The notes under the pieces were generated by a model. It did not search any database and was not told the origin of the DNA. It saw only the letters and a program-made list of their open reading frames with translations. Positions 43,962 to 54,667 of a DNA stretch of 64,000 nt are shown here, in pieces (positions within the stretch are counted from its first letter, which is position 1; each line of letters starts with the position of its first letter). Origin of the DNA: Antedon mediterranea (lineage: Eukaryota; Animalia; Echinodermata); contig NC_092676.1 of assembly GCF_964355755.1 (NCBI RefSeq), positions 5,309,888-5,373,887 on the forward strand. The letters run 5' to 3'. Position numbers and translations under genes: made by a program.

Positions 43962-44024
43962 TACCCCTTTCACACCAAAACTCCGGAGTGTCTCCGGAGT
44001 TTTGCTTTTGGTGTGAAAGGGGTA
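43962..44024. mobile_element. 63-bp palindromic Harbinger-like MITE
   Basis: TACCCCTTTCACACCAAAA...TTTTGGTGTGAAAGGGGTA with TAA/TAA TSD. Confidence 0.75.
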
Positions 44025-44251
44025 TAAGTATTCTCCTCATTTAACAAATCAAAATCCAGTATTTGTATGCGGCACGTACATGTGTTCTAAAACAATCGTA
44101 TTTCGTTGCATCATTTGGAATAGAATAGGAAGAATTGTAATATAAATGTCGTGTTTGAAACTAAAGTTGGTTAGTGTAGATATCTGCACTTGCTTTCTGC
44201 AGTTTCCTGAAGTTCGTCAACTGCTGGTCTACACTGTAGTTTGGAACTTAA

Positions 44252-44402
44252 AGCTCTGTCTACACTATCACACTTTATGGGATGTGTCCATATATGAACA
44301 TAATGATGTCATATCATTACCTTATTTAAGTATATAACTACCATATTTGAGCACATCAAACCTTTTTTTGTCATTATCTAGTTTGATAGTGTAGACAGAA
44401 CT
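44252..44402. mobile_element. MITE family A
   Basis: AGCTCTGTCTACACTATCA...TGATAGTGTAGACAGAACT. Confidence 0.75.
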
Positions 44403-44909
44403 TTGGAAACTTTGAATAAACTCATCAGTGACAAATACTTCACTCAGTTTTTGAGCGATTTCTTAGATAGTTTTTGTAAAAGATACTTAAAAACGAGTCG
44501 CATTTACTGAAATCTGTTTTTTCCTACCATATTTTCAATTTCAAAAATTATTAAAAATCTACAATGACCAACAACAACATATCCTGTTTATTCTGTATTT
44601 AACGGATACACCTTTGTAATATAAGTCGCCTAAATTACTAATTTAAAATTGTTTATCCAATTAATTATACCGACGTCTCATACTCTACTTCCAAAATTAT
44701 ATATATTTCATATTGTAACATCTTATAGTACTTCTATCGGAAAAATTCCCAATTTAAAAATAAAACTGTTTTAAAATCATCTACAAATTAATAGTCCTTT
44801 TTTCAGATCTATTCATTCAATTCAATCTTTTATTTCGGAACTCATAGAAAGTAAAATTGAGTATAAATTAATTAAAAATAAACTGTAGTAATTACTACTA
44901 ATACTCATC

Positions 44910-45513
44910 TCAGGATGGAATTCCACCTGGAGAGCATCTTTGACTTCGACGTTGCCTATAATCATTTAGATTAAAACGATTCCACCTGTTTTCAATAATG
45001 GAAAAAAATAATTTATCCGACGTCAACTCTTCCTTGTGTTGGCGACAGCGGCTTGTGTGCAGGAGGCCTAGCTGATGCGAATTCATGGACTCAATTTTCT
45101 CCTTCAAATAGACATTGTGACTTTCCAATTCTCGTATCTTCGAATGGTAATTATTACAAGAAGAACACAAGAATTGTCGACAATTGGTGCAATAATATTC
45201 TGTCTGTTCTTTTTCACAAACACTGCAAACCATCTCTTCTCTTTTTAACTTCTTCTACGATTTCCAACAAATAATTGAGATTATAGTTTGAGGGTAGGCC
45301 ATCGATGCCAGCTTCAGGAGCTTTATATCGTTTCTTACAAAGGGGACATTTTACCGTTTCCCTTTCTTCTACCAATTTCTTTATACAGTCTTTGCAAAAG
45401 CTATGAGCGCAGTTGAGACATTTTGGTTCCTTAAGTTGCCCAGCACATACTGAGCAATCCAAGATATTAATATCATCATCCAAATCAATTTCTGACTTAC
45501 ATTTTGCTGCCAT
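44910..45513 (-). pseudogene. TRIM-like RING/B-box gene, frameshifted and truncated
   Basis: RING (LDCSVCAGQLKEPKCLNCAHSFCKDC...CPLC, LPSNY) and B-box1 (CSVC...CTNCRQFLCSSCNNYH...H) are in different frames, switching near 45233-45246. B-box2 starts (CRQHKEEL) but its later Cys/His ligands are missing. Confidence 0.75.
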
Positions 45514-46587
45514 GTTGATGATCTGAAAAAAAAAAAATTCACTAATCACACTCGAGTATATTCTTACCTTTTTGATTGATTAATCACGTCACGTGCCTTT
45601 CAGTAGTTCAAATGGAGTTACCGGTTCTATTTAATGGTACTATTGCACGTCTTTTTTTCCCAAATTTTTCTTTTTTATTTGTAAACATTTTCAGAATTTC
45701 GTTCGAAAAAACAACCTGTAGTGACCAATGTATTGTAGAGGTTTCAATGCAACGCCTATGACGCACTTCCGTTACAACAAGCTGGCAGAGGTTTTAATGT
45801 TATTTCTGAACTCCCAAAAACTACAAAATTTAATATTTGTATTTTTATGAAATCGGATAAAAGAAAAGGTAAGGAAATAAATTCGCATAGGCCTAAGAGG
45901 AACGAAATGTTTTGCACGATTCCAATCCTATTATTTATTTCCGTTGGAAATTCCGAATTTTCTGGTCAAGACCTGTGACAAAAATATAACTGGTCTTGGT
46001 CTTCAGTGACTGAAAAAGGAGGCCTATTCTTATCATCGATATAGTAATAAACAATGCTAAACTGCACTACAGTTTTTTAATTATTAAAACTGACTAGCCT
46101 ACTAAAGACGAGTAGGCCAACGTACTCTTACCTTTGGTACCGATGTTGGGAAGTTGTTTAAGGTCGGCTGTGACGTTACTGTCGTACCTCAGGAATTTCA
46201 ACATGACAGAGGGCGGTAGAAAAATGTATTTGCTACTGCATATTATATACGTCTATTATAATCGAAGAATGTTAGGGTCTAGGTTCAACTTAATATTAGT
46301 AAAAAGTTTGGAATTTCGTATCAGAGAAAAATCTAAACGACGACTGGTGGACTATAATATGTTTCCCTTAGCACGTGATACATGACAAGGACGTAAGCGC
46401 AACAGAAGTCTTATTCTTGTTATTATCGCAGATTAACGTATAACTAGTTTGTGATGTGTTTAGGCCTGTTCTATATTTCAAACTTGTTCCCACTAGGACG
46501 CAACGCAAGAACGAAGCGCAATGCAAGGGGTTTGGGATTATTCGAACTATCGCTTGTCATTTGTTAAATCGCTGAACGTTGTGCTTA

Positions 46588-46785
46588 AGCGTGGTTCCCA
46601 CTAGAACGCAACGCAGCGACGTATTGACGCAAAGTGATGTATTGCGTAATAACAAGAAGGAACCGACGACGCAATAATGCTGCAAACATCGCAGGTTTGA
46701 TTTCAGACAGGCGGGGGCAAACACAATTATTGGAAGGGCATTTGCTTATGTTGCATAATGTTGCGTCGCAAGTGGGAACCAAGCT
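46588..46785. mobile_element. MITE family B1, opposite orientation, next to a degenerate B copy (about 46482-46584)
   Basis: TIRs with TTA/TTA TSD. Confidence 0.8.
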
Positions 46786-47306
46786 TTACTTCAGCAGTGC
46801 GTATCATGTATTTTAATACCGGCACGTGTATATGTTTCAATGCGTGTGATTCGTTGACTAGATGATACCTGCGTAGTAGTTTAGCGGCGAAAAGAGAGCC
46901 AATAAATAATACTGTAAAACACATGTAACAAACCAAATATCGGGTAATTATAATGCCACTTGGAATTTATTATGAAATTATAAATAGAACTACAAATTTG
47001 ATCATGTTTTCAGTCAGACATAATAAGTTCACGAACTTAAAGTCGTCACTAGCGACCTTTAGTAATTCTTTCATTTCATATCCCGATTAACCTACTAAAT
47101 AGCATGGCTAACAATTAGGGGTGTTCACACGTCAGGCGTAAAACTAGCGTATTGTAAGATTGGTTTATCGTTCGGCTTCAGCAGTATACTAAAGCGTATC
47201 TCGGATTGAACTTTGTTTTATGGAGGTAAGATAGTACGTTAGAAACTATATTTAAAACAGTTTTGACTAAAAAATAATCTAAATGTACTAAATTACAATA
47301 ATTGAA

Positions 47307-47803
47307 TTAGAACATTCGGGCAAGTAACATAGACAAAACAGTGGCAAGTATACTAATGGTTAGGCTATCAACACCAGATGTACAGTCACAATCACTCTTG
47401 GGCTTTTCTGTCCATATAGGACACTCATCTTTATTGTTCATGCAATCTAGTATCTTTAAAGCCTCTCTTTCGCCGCTGCGTTGCCCGCCAATTATATACC
47501 CATTATAGATAACGTCTGTGTGTTCCCCGCCAAAGAATACCTGACCGACTCTAGATTGCATCTTTTTAAAGCATTCTTCCGATACTTCCACTGGCCAGTT
47601 TGAATAAGCGCCATATGTTAACGGGTTGTTACTCCATCCAGAGTGGATGATTTCAGCTGGGGCCGTCGCCGCGTTGCCAAACAGGATCTGAAGGATAGCG
47701 GTGATCTCTGCACTGGTTTCACTTAAAGGCTGGTGCTCGATGCGTCTAGCTTCGTTTCCAGTCACAAAGGCTAAGAGCATATTGGTGCCGTTTGGGAACA
47801 ATC
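47307..47803 (-). CDS. Polyamine oxidase-like gene, last coding exon (spliced CDS 1494 nt, 497 aa)
   Basis: gttttag|GA TTG TTC... WSNNPLTYGAYSNWP...VFFGGEHT...NGYIIGGQRSG is an amine-oxidase C-terminal signature; ends in a hydrophobic tail and TAA. Confidence 0.94.
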
Positions 47804-47837
47804 CTAAAACAAGTATGAAAGGAAAAAACGGTTATAT

Positions 47838-48082
47838 ATAGACGGCAGTACATAATATTACTAGACGGCGATACATTACTAGACGGCGATACTTATTTCT
47901 AGACGCGCGATACATAATATTTTTGACGGCTATAGCAAAGATTGTATAGCGCCGCTACCCGATACATAATATTCTAGACGCGCGATACATTATATTCCAG
48001 ACGGCGATACCTAATATTAGGCCTCCTAGACGGCTATACATATAATTACCAGACGGCTATACATATATTCTAGACGGCGATT
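47838..48082. repeat. Irregular tandem repeat of TAGACGGCGATACAT (about 10 units) in a PAO intron
   Basis: Motif recurs every 20-30 bp with AT-rich spacers. Confidence 0.8.
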
Positions 48083-48220
48083 CGATTTCATATTTATACA
48101 AATATAAACATTTTGGAATATTTGGTATGTTATTATACAATACTTCAGCTTAATATTATAGTTTCGAACAAAACGTGATGGCACTGGCATTGAAATACTG
48201 TACAATACAACATGAAAAAG

Positions 48221-48490
48221 CAGGGGCGGATTTATATATTATGCACCCATTTACATACGATTTTATTAACGATTTTACAGGTTTTTGGCGCAAAAAAAAC
48301 AGTTTCCTATATTAAATAATGGTCTATAAAACCCACTATATTCAGAATCGACTCACCAAAACGCCTCAGATGCCATCTCTGGGCGTCTAGAACATTTTCC
48401 AGGGAGAGAATGCCCCCCCCCCCCCCCCCCCCCGGGTAGATTATTTTCCCATGTCGGCCCCTCTTTATCAAAATCCTAGATCCATCCCTG
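48221..48490. mobile_element. 270-bp hAT-like MITE with 5-bp TSD in a PAO intron
   Basis: CAGGGGCGGAT...ATCCATCCCTG flanked by AAAAG on both sides; internal C-tract. Confidence 0.7.
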
Positions 48491-48516
48491 AAAAGACTTT
48501 TACTACCGTACCATAC

Positions 48517-48839
48517 CTTGAGCTTGAAGATTGTAGAAAATTGGAAAATACCCTCTTCTTTCATGGGCATAAATAAACCATTCATCAGTAGGCCAGAATT
48601 GAGTATCAAACCGCATGAAGATTTTCGTAAAATCTCCCATGATAAATTTAAACAGTTCTTCAATTTTCCAATCAGGGAGATCTGGTTGGAACTCAATGGC
48701 ACTGTTCTGCAACACTCCGAGACTAACCGTCAGCAACACCTGGTCACCAGTAAACGTTGAACCGTCAGAGGTTGTCACGACAACTCTGTCACCAGAGTAA
48801 TTGATAGTAGTAACACGTTTGTTCAGATGCAAACGGCCT
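48517..48839 (-). CDS. Polyamine oxidase-like gene, coding exon 3 (323 nt)
   Basis: tgtttttgcag|A GGC CGT TTG... RLHLNKRVTTINYS...TVSLGVLQ...FQPDLPDWK...FTKIFMRF...RRGYF...QAQ-G|GTATGG. Confidence 0.94.
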
Positions 48840-48861
48840 CTGCAAAAACAATAACCAATAT

Positions 48862-49110
48862 TTATTTTTATTTATTTATTTAAACAATATTTTACGAGGG
48901 TGGTCCATCTGAGCCGATCATAAACAAAATAAAATAAAGCACAAACAAATTAGAATCAAAAATTAAATTGGCCCCCTCTCAAAAGAAAAGAAAAAAGAAG
49001 CAACTAAACAAAAAGATGGTTCTTGAGCAAAAATTTGAAGGAAGAGTAATTTAAGCTAGTCGGATACCTAAAGGAAGAGAATTAAAAAAAGTTATGATTT
49101 TAGTCATACC
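48862..49110 (-). mobile_element. L2/Crack-like LINE 3' end; related tail on + at about 27505-27575
   Basis: FFNSLPLGIR...SSFKFLLKNHLF remnant, then GATGGACCACCCTC and an (AAAT)n tail. Confidence 0.5.
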
Positions 49111-49389
49111 GTAGGCATACGACATAATGTATTGACAAATTAAACAATATGGCATAATTTAGATCATTGTCACATAAAATATACAGAACGATTTTTACGA
49201 TTGAATCCAAATGATATCAATAAAATAATTTTGGATTTTATTGTATGTACCTTTTTTACAATTGTCAAATAGCGCTTAATCAAAGAGCAGCAAATTTCGG
49301 ACGATGGACATTCTACGCGAGATCTGATATTATGAAAGGACGGGAAGAAGGTAAAGGCTAATATTAACCTCCCGTAATTTATTTTGTGG

Positions 49390-49668
49390 TCAATTGCCTC
49401 CGCCTGCGTGAAATCAAACCTGCGACTTTGCAGTAATGTTGCGACGTCTTTTCCCACTTGTGATTACGCAATACAGTACATTGCGTCGATACGTCGCTGC
49501 GTTACGTTGCGTTCTAGTGGGAACCACGCTTTACAGCAGGACAACGCAAGGACGTAAGCGTGTTGACCAGTGAAAGCGACAGTTTAAATAATACATTGCC
49601 TGCGATTGGTCCAACCACTTGCATTACGCTTCGTTCTTGCGTTGCGTCCAATACACTGGGAACAAGCC
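49390..49668. mobile_element. Two adjacent partial family B MITEs
   Basis: B1 core and TIR ending at 49530, then a degenerate copy ending CTGGGAACAAGCC. Confidence 0.6.
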
Positions 49669-49708
49669 TTTGTTTGATATTGTATTTAGGTACGTCTAAG
49701 CACATCAC

Positions 49709-50470
49709 AAACTAGAAAGCCACTCCGAGAGTGCATACCACCGCCTACTGTAAAATTCTCCTGCATAAGATTTCTCCGGAAAAAAAAAAATATATATATA
49801 TATATTTTCGTGTGTCTTAATGCTGTTTGTGATTTAGGCTAATTTCACTACAATCATGTGTATACGAGTTTGGTGTAAAGGTTATGTAACCAGCCTTTCA
49901 ACTAACAATAGCTTCAGTCGACTAACAATAGAACAGCAACGCGACAAACACACGGGTGAATTTGAAAAGAATTAGGGTTTTTAAACTATTCGCATCAAAA
50001 AACCTGTATATTAAATCAACTTATGTTTTAAAATTACAAATCACAAATTATAACTCTTGCCTCTTGTACAAAAATGAAGTTTTTTGGAGAAGGAGTTCGA
50101 GAAAATGCAATTTTAGTGTACTTGTTAATTTAAGACTGCTCACCGGCTAATGATAATTCTGTCCTATCTTTTAACACTAGCAGGTCTGAAAATAATTTTT
50201 TAAAGTGGTCCAGAATTGGGACCGTGGTCCAGATTTTAACCAAAATTGGGCAGTGTCGTCCTTGCACCAGGTTACATGTATGGTAGTAATTTGGAGTCAT
50301 TTAAATCTAAACTGTGAGCGCTAGAGTGATGACAAACAAACAAACAAACACACAAACCAAACAGATCAACATACTTGGCCAATTTTCAATTTGGCCAAGT
50401 AACAAACAGACAGACAGCCAGCCAGATAAACCCACGAGATCGATTACATATACCTCCTTGGCGGAGGTAA
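49709..50470 (-). mobile_element. Helentron/Helitron-type non-autonomous element (HINE-like)
   Basis: Minus strand begins TTACCTCCGCCAAGGAGGT, has GTCT/GTTT microsatellites, and ends with sub-TIR GGCGGTGGT, hairpin CACTCTCGGAGTG and CTAGTT. Confidence 0.65.
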
Positions 50471-50520
50471 ACTATATAAGTTATACACACACTGACGTGA
50501 CATCAACACACGTGACTTAC

Positions 50521-50648
50521 TCAAATGCTGGATCATTAAAAAGAAATTCACTTGATGCATTGAAGATGAACTTGAATCCTCGTGGATCTTTAACAAAAAG
50601 CACACTTTCATCGGCAGGAAGTAATGCGGTCGATTTAGTTGACGTTAC
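50521..50648 (-). CDS. Polyamine oxidase-like gene, coding exon 2 (128 nt)
   Basis: tttttacaatcacag|VTSTKSTALLPADESVLFVKDPRGFKFIFNASSEFLFNDPAF-GA|GTAAGT; contains the FVxDxRG motif of plant-type PAOs; phases fit both neighbours. Confidence 0.92.
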
Positions 50649-51251
50649 CTGTGATTGTAAAAATAAAAATAGATTAGAATGTGGGTTCTTTAAAGCCCGT
50701 TTCCACCACTAGCTAACGCAGCGCATCAACATTTAACGTGGCAATTGTTTCATATAAAGCTTGGTTCACACTAGAAAAACATCTGTTGCAACGCAATGTC
50801 TTACACGCACTACTGTAGTCCTAGTGGGAACCACGCTCTAGAGCCCTCGATCGTGAAAGGCACTTCATGTGCTTTGGCGGCCAGATGCCTATACATTCTG
50901 AAAAATGGAAAAACTTGTTTTAAGGTTCGTAATGATAGGGTACAAAAATGATCCAAATGATTCGTTGTGATATTGACACAAATATTTAATATACGGTCAA
51001 GATAATACAAAATAATTGCCGCCAACTTAAAGTACGGATTGCGCGACATTATCAGCTCCGTTATCGTTATCGTGGTATAGTAGGGTGAGGTCATGAAGGT
51101 AAAATGCGCAGACGGACCGTTACGAGTACTCGTTCTGCCCAGCTGGGATACGAAATTATAACAAAAGATTTTGTAAGATACTGTAGTTCTTTTATATTTT
51201 TTAAGGCAAGCCAAGATATGAACATAGGTCCATAATGAGCATTGTATGTAA

Positions 51252-51460
51252 TTTCCATTATGATGTTAATATAAATTTTGCGGTAGGCCTACACTACGTA
51301 TATTAGTTCTGAAAAGACATTCTCAATCCTGAGGACGATCAAAGCATATTGATCGAAACGTCGAGAAACTCGATAGTTCTTTTCAGAAAGAATATAAGTG
51401 GTGTACCGCAAACTTTATATCAACATTTGATTTCGCCATTCAAACAATAAGTTTCCATTA
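51252..51460 (+). ncRNA. Penelope/retrozyme-like unit with a minimal type I hammerhead ribozyme (core 51329-51362)
   Basis: CUGAGGA, C, stem II GAUCAA/UUGAUC, GAAA, CG, UC; sits at the apex of a long imperfect inverted repeat; TTTCCATTA direct repeat at both ends. Confidence 0.6.
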
Positions 51461-53440
51461 TATTGGATAATAAAAGGAATCTGTAATCTGTAAACTAATG
51501 TCTAAAGATGAGCTAAAATTTTTAGTCTTCTCGTGCATGTATTTTTTTCTAAAATTTGTTTCCAATAAGAAACCGTGATCGTATATAGGCCCTACCTTTG
51601 AATTTTTCAACCAATCAAAGGATTTTAATTCTACTTATCGTAGGCCTAAATCTAAAAGGAAACAAATTAAAGGAGTGCCTAAATGCTCAATTTTTAATTG
51701 CTTTACTCACTGTTAAAATATACAACTTCCTGGTTTAACCCATACCCAACAAATAATTCGATATCGCTGTGTGTAGTTTGGGGTGATCGGAATTGGCCTT
51801 GAATCGGCTACAAACCGATCTGCATATTCAGTAGGCCTACTACTATATAAACTCAACATGGCCACACGGAAACCAGTGCGCTATATTCTAATTCAAACGC
51901 CCGGAAGGGTGAAATTTTGCATAAATAAAATGTCAATGTTCACTAAGGCCCTAACTAACAATTTATTGGTTTCACAAATATTTATTTTGCATTGTTAAGA
52001 ATGTTTATTTAAAATAAATGGCGTCTTGATTTGACTATATTCATGTTCACCTTAGGCCTATTATAAATAAGTCAATAGCGCGCTACGATCACGCTGGCAT
52101 TAGGCCACGGTATACTACCATATTCCTACTTTGCAATTTTTGCATCCTGTTTCGGTATAACATTATCATTAAACATTGTACTTGGAAACAATGCTAAACA
52201 ACTTTCGGTTATATTTACTAGATTTTAATATAAATGGAGATACAAAAAAAAAAGCGAAAAGCTAAATCAAAACGATAAAGTAAAACAGCCAGAAAAGTTA
52301 GCAATATATATATGCGTCATAGCTGTTCTTCCCGTTATCGTCTGCTGTGATCTTCACGAACAATGCGTAGACCCGGATTTATAGTGACATTATCTAGTAC
52401 GTAGGCTACTTGAGTACATTGTGTACTTTATTTGAACAGACGCTTTTAGAAAAGCGGCACACGTTTTATGGCGGTGCGTTCATAAGTTTAAAGAAAAAGA
52501 AAAGGAAATGAATTATACAATAGTTAATTAACAAATTAAAGTATGAAAATAAACTTTAAGATCAACGAATACAGTAAACACAAATAGTAATTTAAAAAGA
52601 TTTACAGAGATGTAGGCCTACACCAGTCTTTCTCTTCAACATTAAATACAATATATAGTGAAAATTAATAAACAAAATTATAAAGCAACAATGCAAATTA
52701 GCTCTTTTTTAACTCGGATCTTTTTTTCCAGGCAACTTTAAGGAAATTCTTACAGTATATTATTGTGTATTGTTTTGACAAACGTGATTGTCTACGAATT
52801 ACTGCCATTCATTCATATAGCCATGACAGAATATACCGATCTTGATCTAAACCCATGGTAAAGGTTTATTAGTTGTTCTATGTTGTCCTTTCTTATGCTT
52901 GATTAACAGTTTTATTTAATGTAATTGAACGTTTGTAACATGATCGATTAGCTGGTGGATTTAATTATCGATCAAGTTATAACCACATCACCATAACACA
53001 TCTTTATTATAGCTATCTACATATTGCATCCGATTAATAATGGATACAAACTGAAAGTATTGTTCACAATCAACAACTATCTAAACGGAAAGTAAGTAGG
53101 CCCCTGGACTTATTTCCCTGTAGTCGTGTCGTGAATCGTGATGTAAATAGACTCGGCGGCTCACCACACAAGAAAATCTTTCTTATAACGTAGCCTATAA
53201 TATTAATGTTCAGATAATAAAATAAAAGCGAGGTTAAATCTAAATCCCCGAAACTACTATTTTATACAATGGACAGTGTTTCGTTTATTCAATAAACTGT
53301 ACACGCACTTCTGTAGTCTAGTCCAGCGAGAGGGATATTAGCCACGCCTATAAAATAGGAACAGATTATTGTGTGGCCTTGAAAATTTGCATTTAAGAAA
53401 TCACCAGTACGTTACGTAGACCGGAAATTGTAAAACTCAC

Positions 53441-53986
53441 CGCTGGAATGTCTGCCCATTCAAAATCAAAATCAAACCACTCGATGGCTTTCTCAACAGG
53501 TGTTTTTGGCAGCCATCCGCCCAGACGAAGACTTGCACGCTGCGAGATGTCTGGCTTTTTCTCATCGATTAATTCCTGTGCTTTTTCTTTCATATACTCA
53601 ATGGCAGCTTCAAATCTTTCCCAGATCGGGTCTGTAGAATCTGTAACATCGGTTCCCGTCTGGTTGTACACCAGCAAAGAATCGAAGTTAGACACATGGT
53701 GTTCAATCCCTAGGTCTTTAACGACTTTTACTATTGAGGTATTTCCCGGTTGTGCCCAACTTGCTCCGATATCCACATTTGTTCCAGCAAAAGGCACGTC
53801 GGTTACTCGTCCGCCAATTTGGTCAGCTCCTTCAATGATTATAAAATCATCCATTCCTTTCTCATGGAAAATCTCAGCAGCTCTCAGACCTGATGCACCA
53901 GCTCCGATGATAATAACCTTAGCGTCATTTTCGGAACGGACGAGAAGAAGGCCGAAAAGAATCACTGTTACCCGTAATAAGAACAT
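53441..53986 (-). CDS. Flavin-dependent polyamine oxidase-like gene, coding exon 1 (signal peptide and FAD-binding motif)
   Basis: MFLLRVTVILFGLLLVRS signal-like start; KVIIIGAGASGL (GxGxxG); IIEGADQIGGRV; GASW; FDFEWADIPA followed by donor GTGAGT. Confidence 0.93.
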
Positions 53987-54667
53987 GCTGATAAATTGGT
54001 GTGGACACTTCAGCACCTACTATACAAGTAACACCAAACCACTCTATCCATTCCCTTTACACTTGTTCTTTAACGCTTGACTGATTTTAACCTAATAAAC
54101 CCCAATTGACTTTCACGTTTGTTACAGCCGACGCGTCGAGTCGACGTCCTGCATGCTGCCCTTGAGGGTCAGTCAACCATAACCACATTGAACAAAATAA
54201 AAACAAAACATACTGTAGCCCTACAATATAAATTAAACTTATAGTCGCGCAAATGAGCACTAGGCCTATATGCCTACAGAGCGTGGACTTCTGCGGTACA
54301 TTTTTACATGACTCACTCACAAAATGAATCAGTCAGTCAACATTACAGAAATCAGAACATAAATTATGTAATGAAAAAAACCTGTGAAAATTGGTAGGGA
54401 ATTCATATTTGGACGGTAGACGCAAAGGAGACAAGATGTCGTCAGCAGCAAAATTCTTTTAAAAGGATCGAAAGAATAATGTGAAATAGCTAGACCTACT
54501 TTAATTTGTTTCGCCTCTACTCGGGCCTCTACTTCGTATTCTACTTTATTGAACTTTTAAAACAATGACAAGGAGTTGTGTTACAAAACTAATTTATCCG
54601 CCTACGTATGTAAGCTTACGACCCCTACTTCGTAAATCTCGATCGCGGTAAACACAGCGACAGATTG

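Noticed and set aside
45233-45248. Programmed ribosomal frameshift joining RING and B-box
   Set aside because: It needs a +1 shift, no stimulatory element is visible, and the downstream frame is truncated anyway.
53448-54080. 210-aa plus-strand ORF, and similar ones at 23847, 42266, 48518, 48615 and 50314
   Set aside because: Antisense shadows of real minus-strand exons or of repeats.
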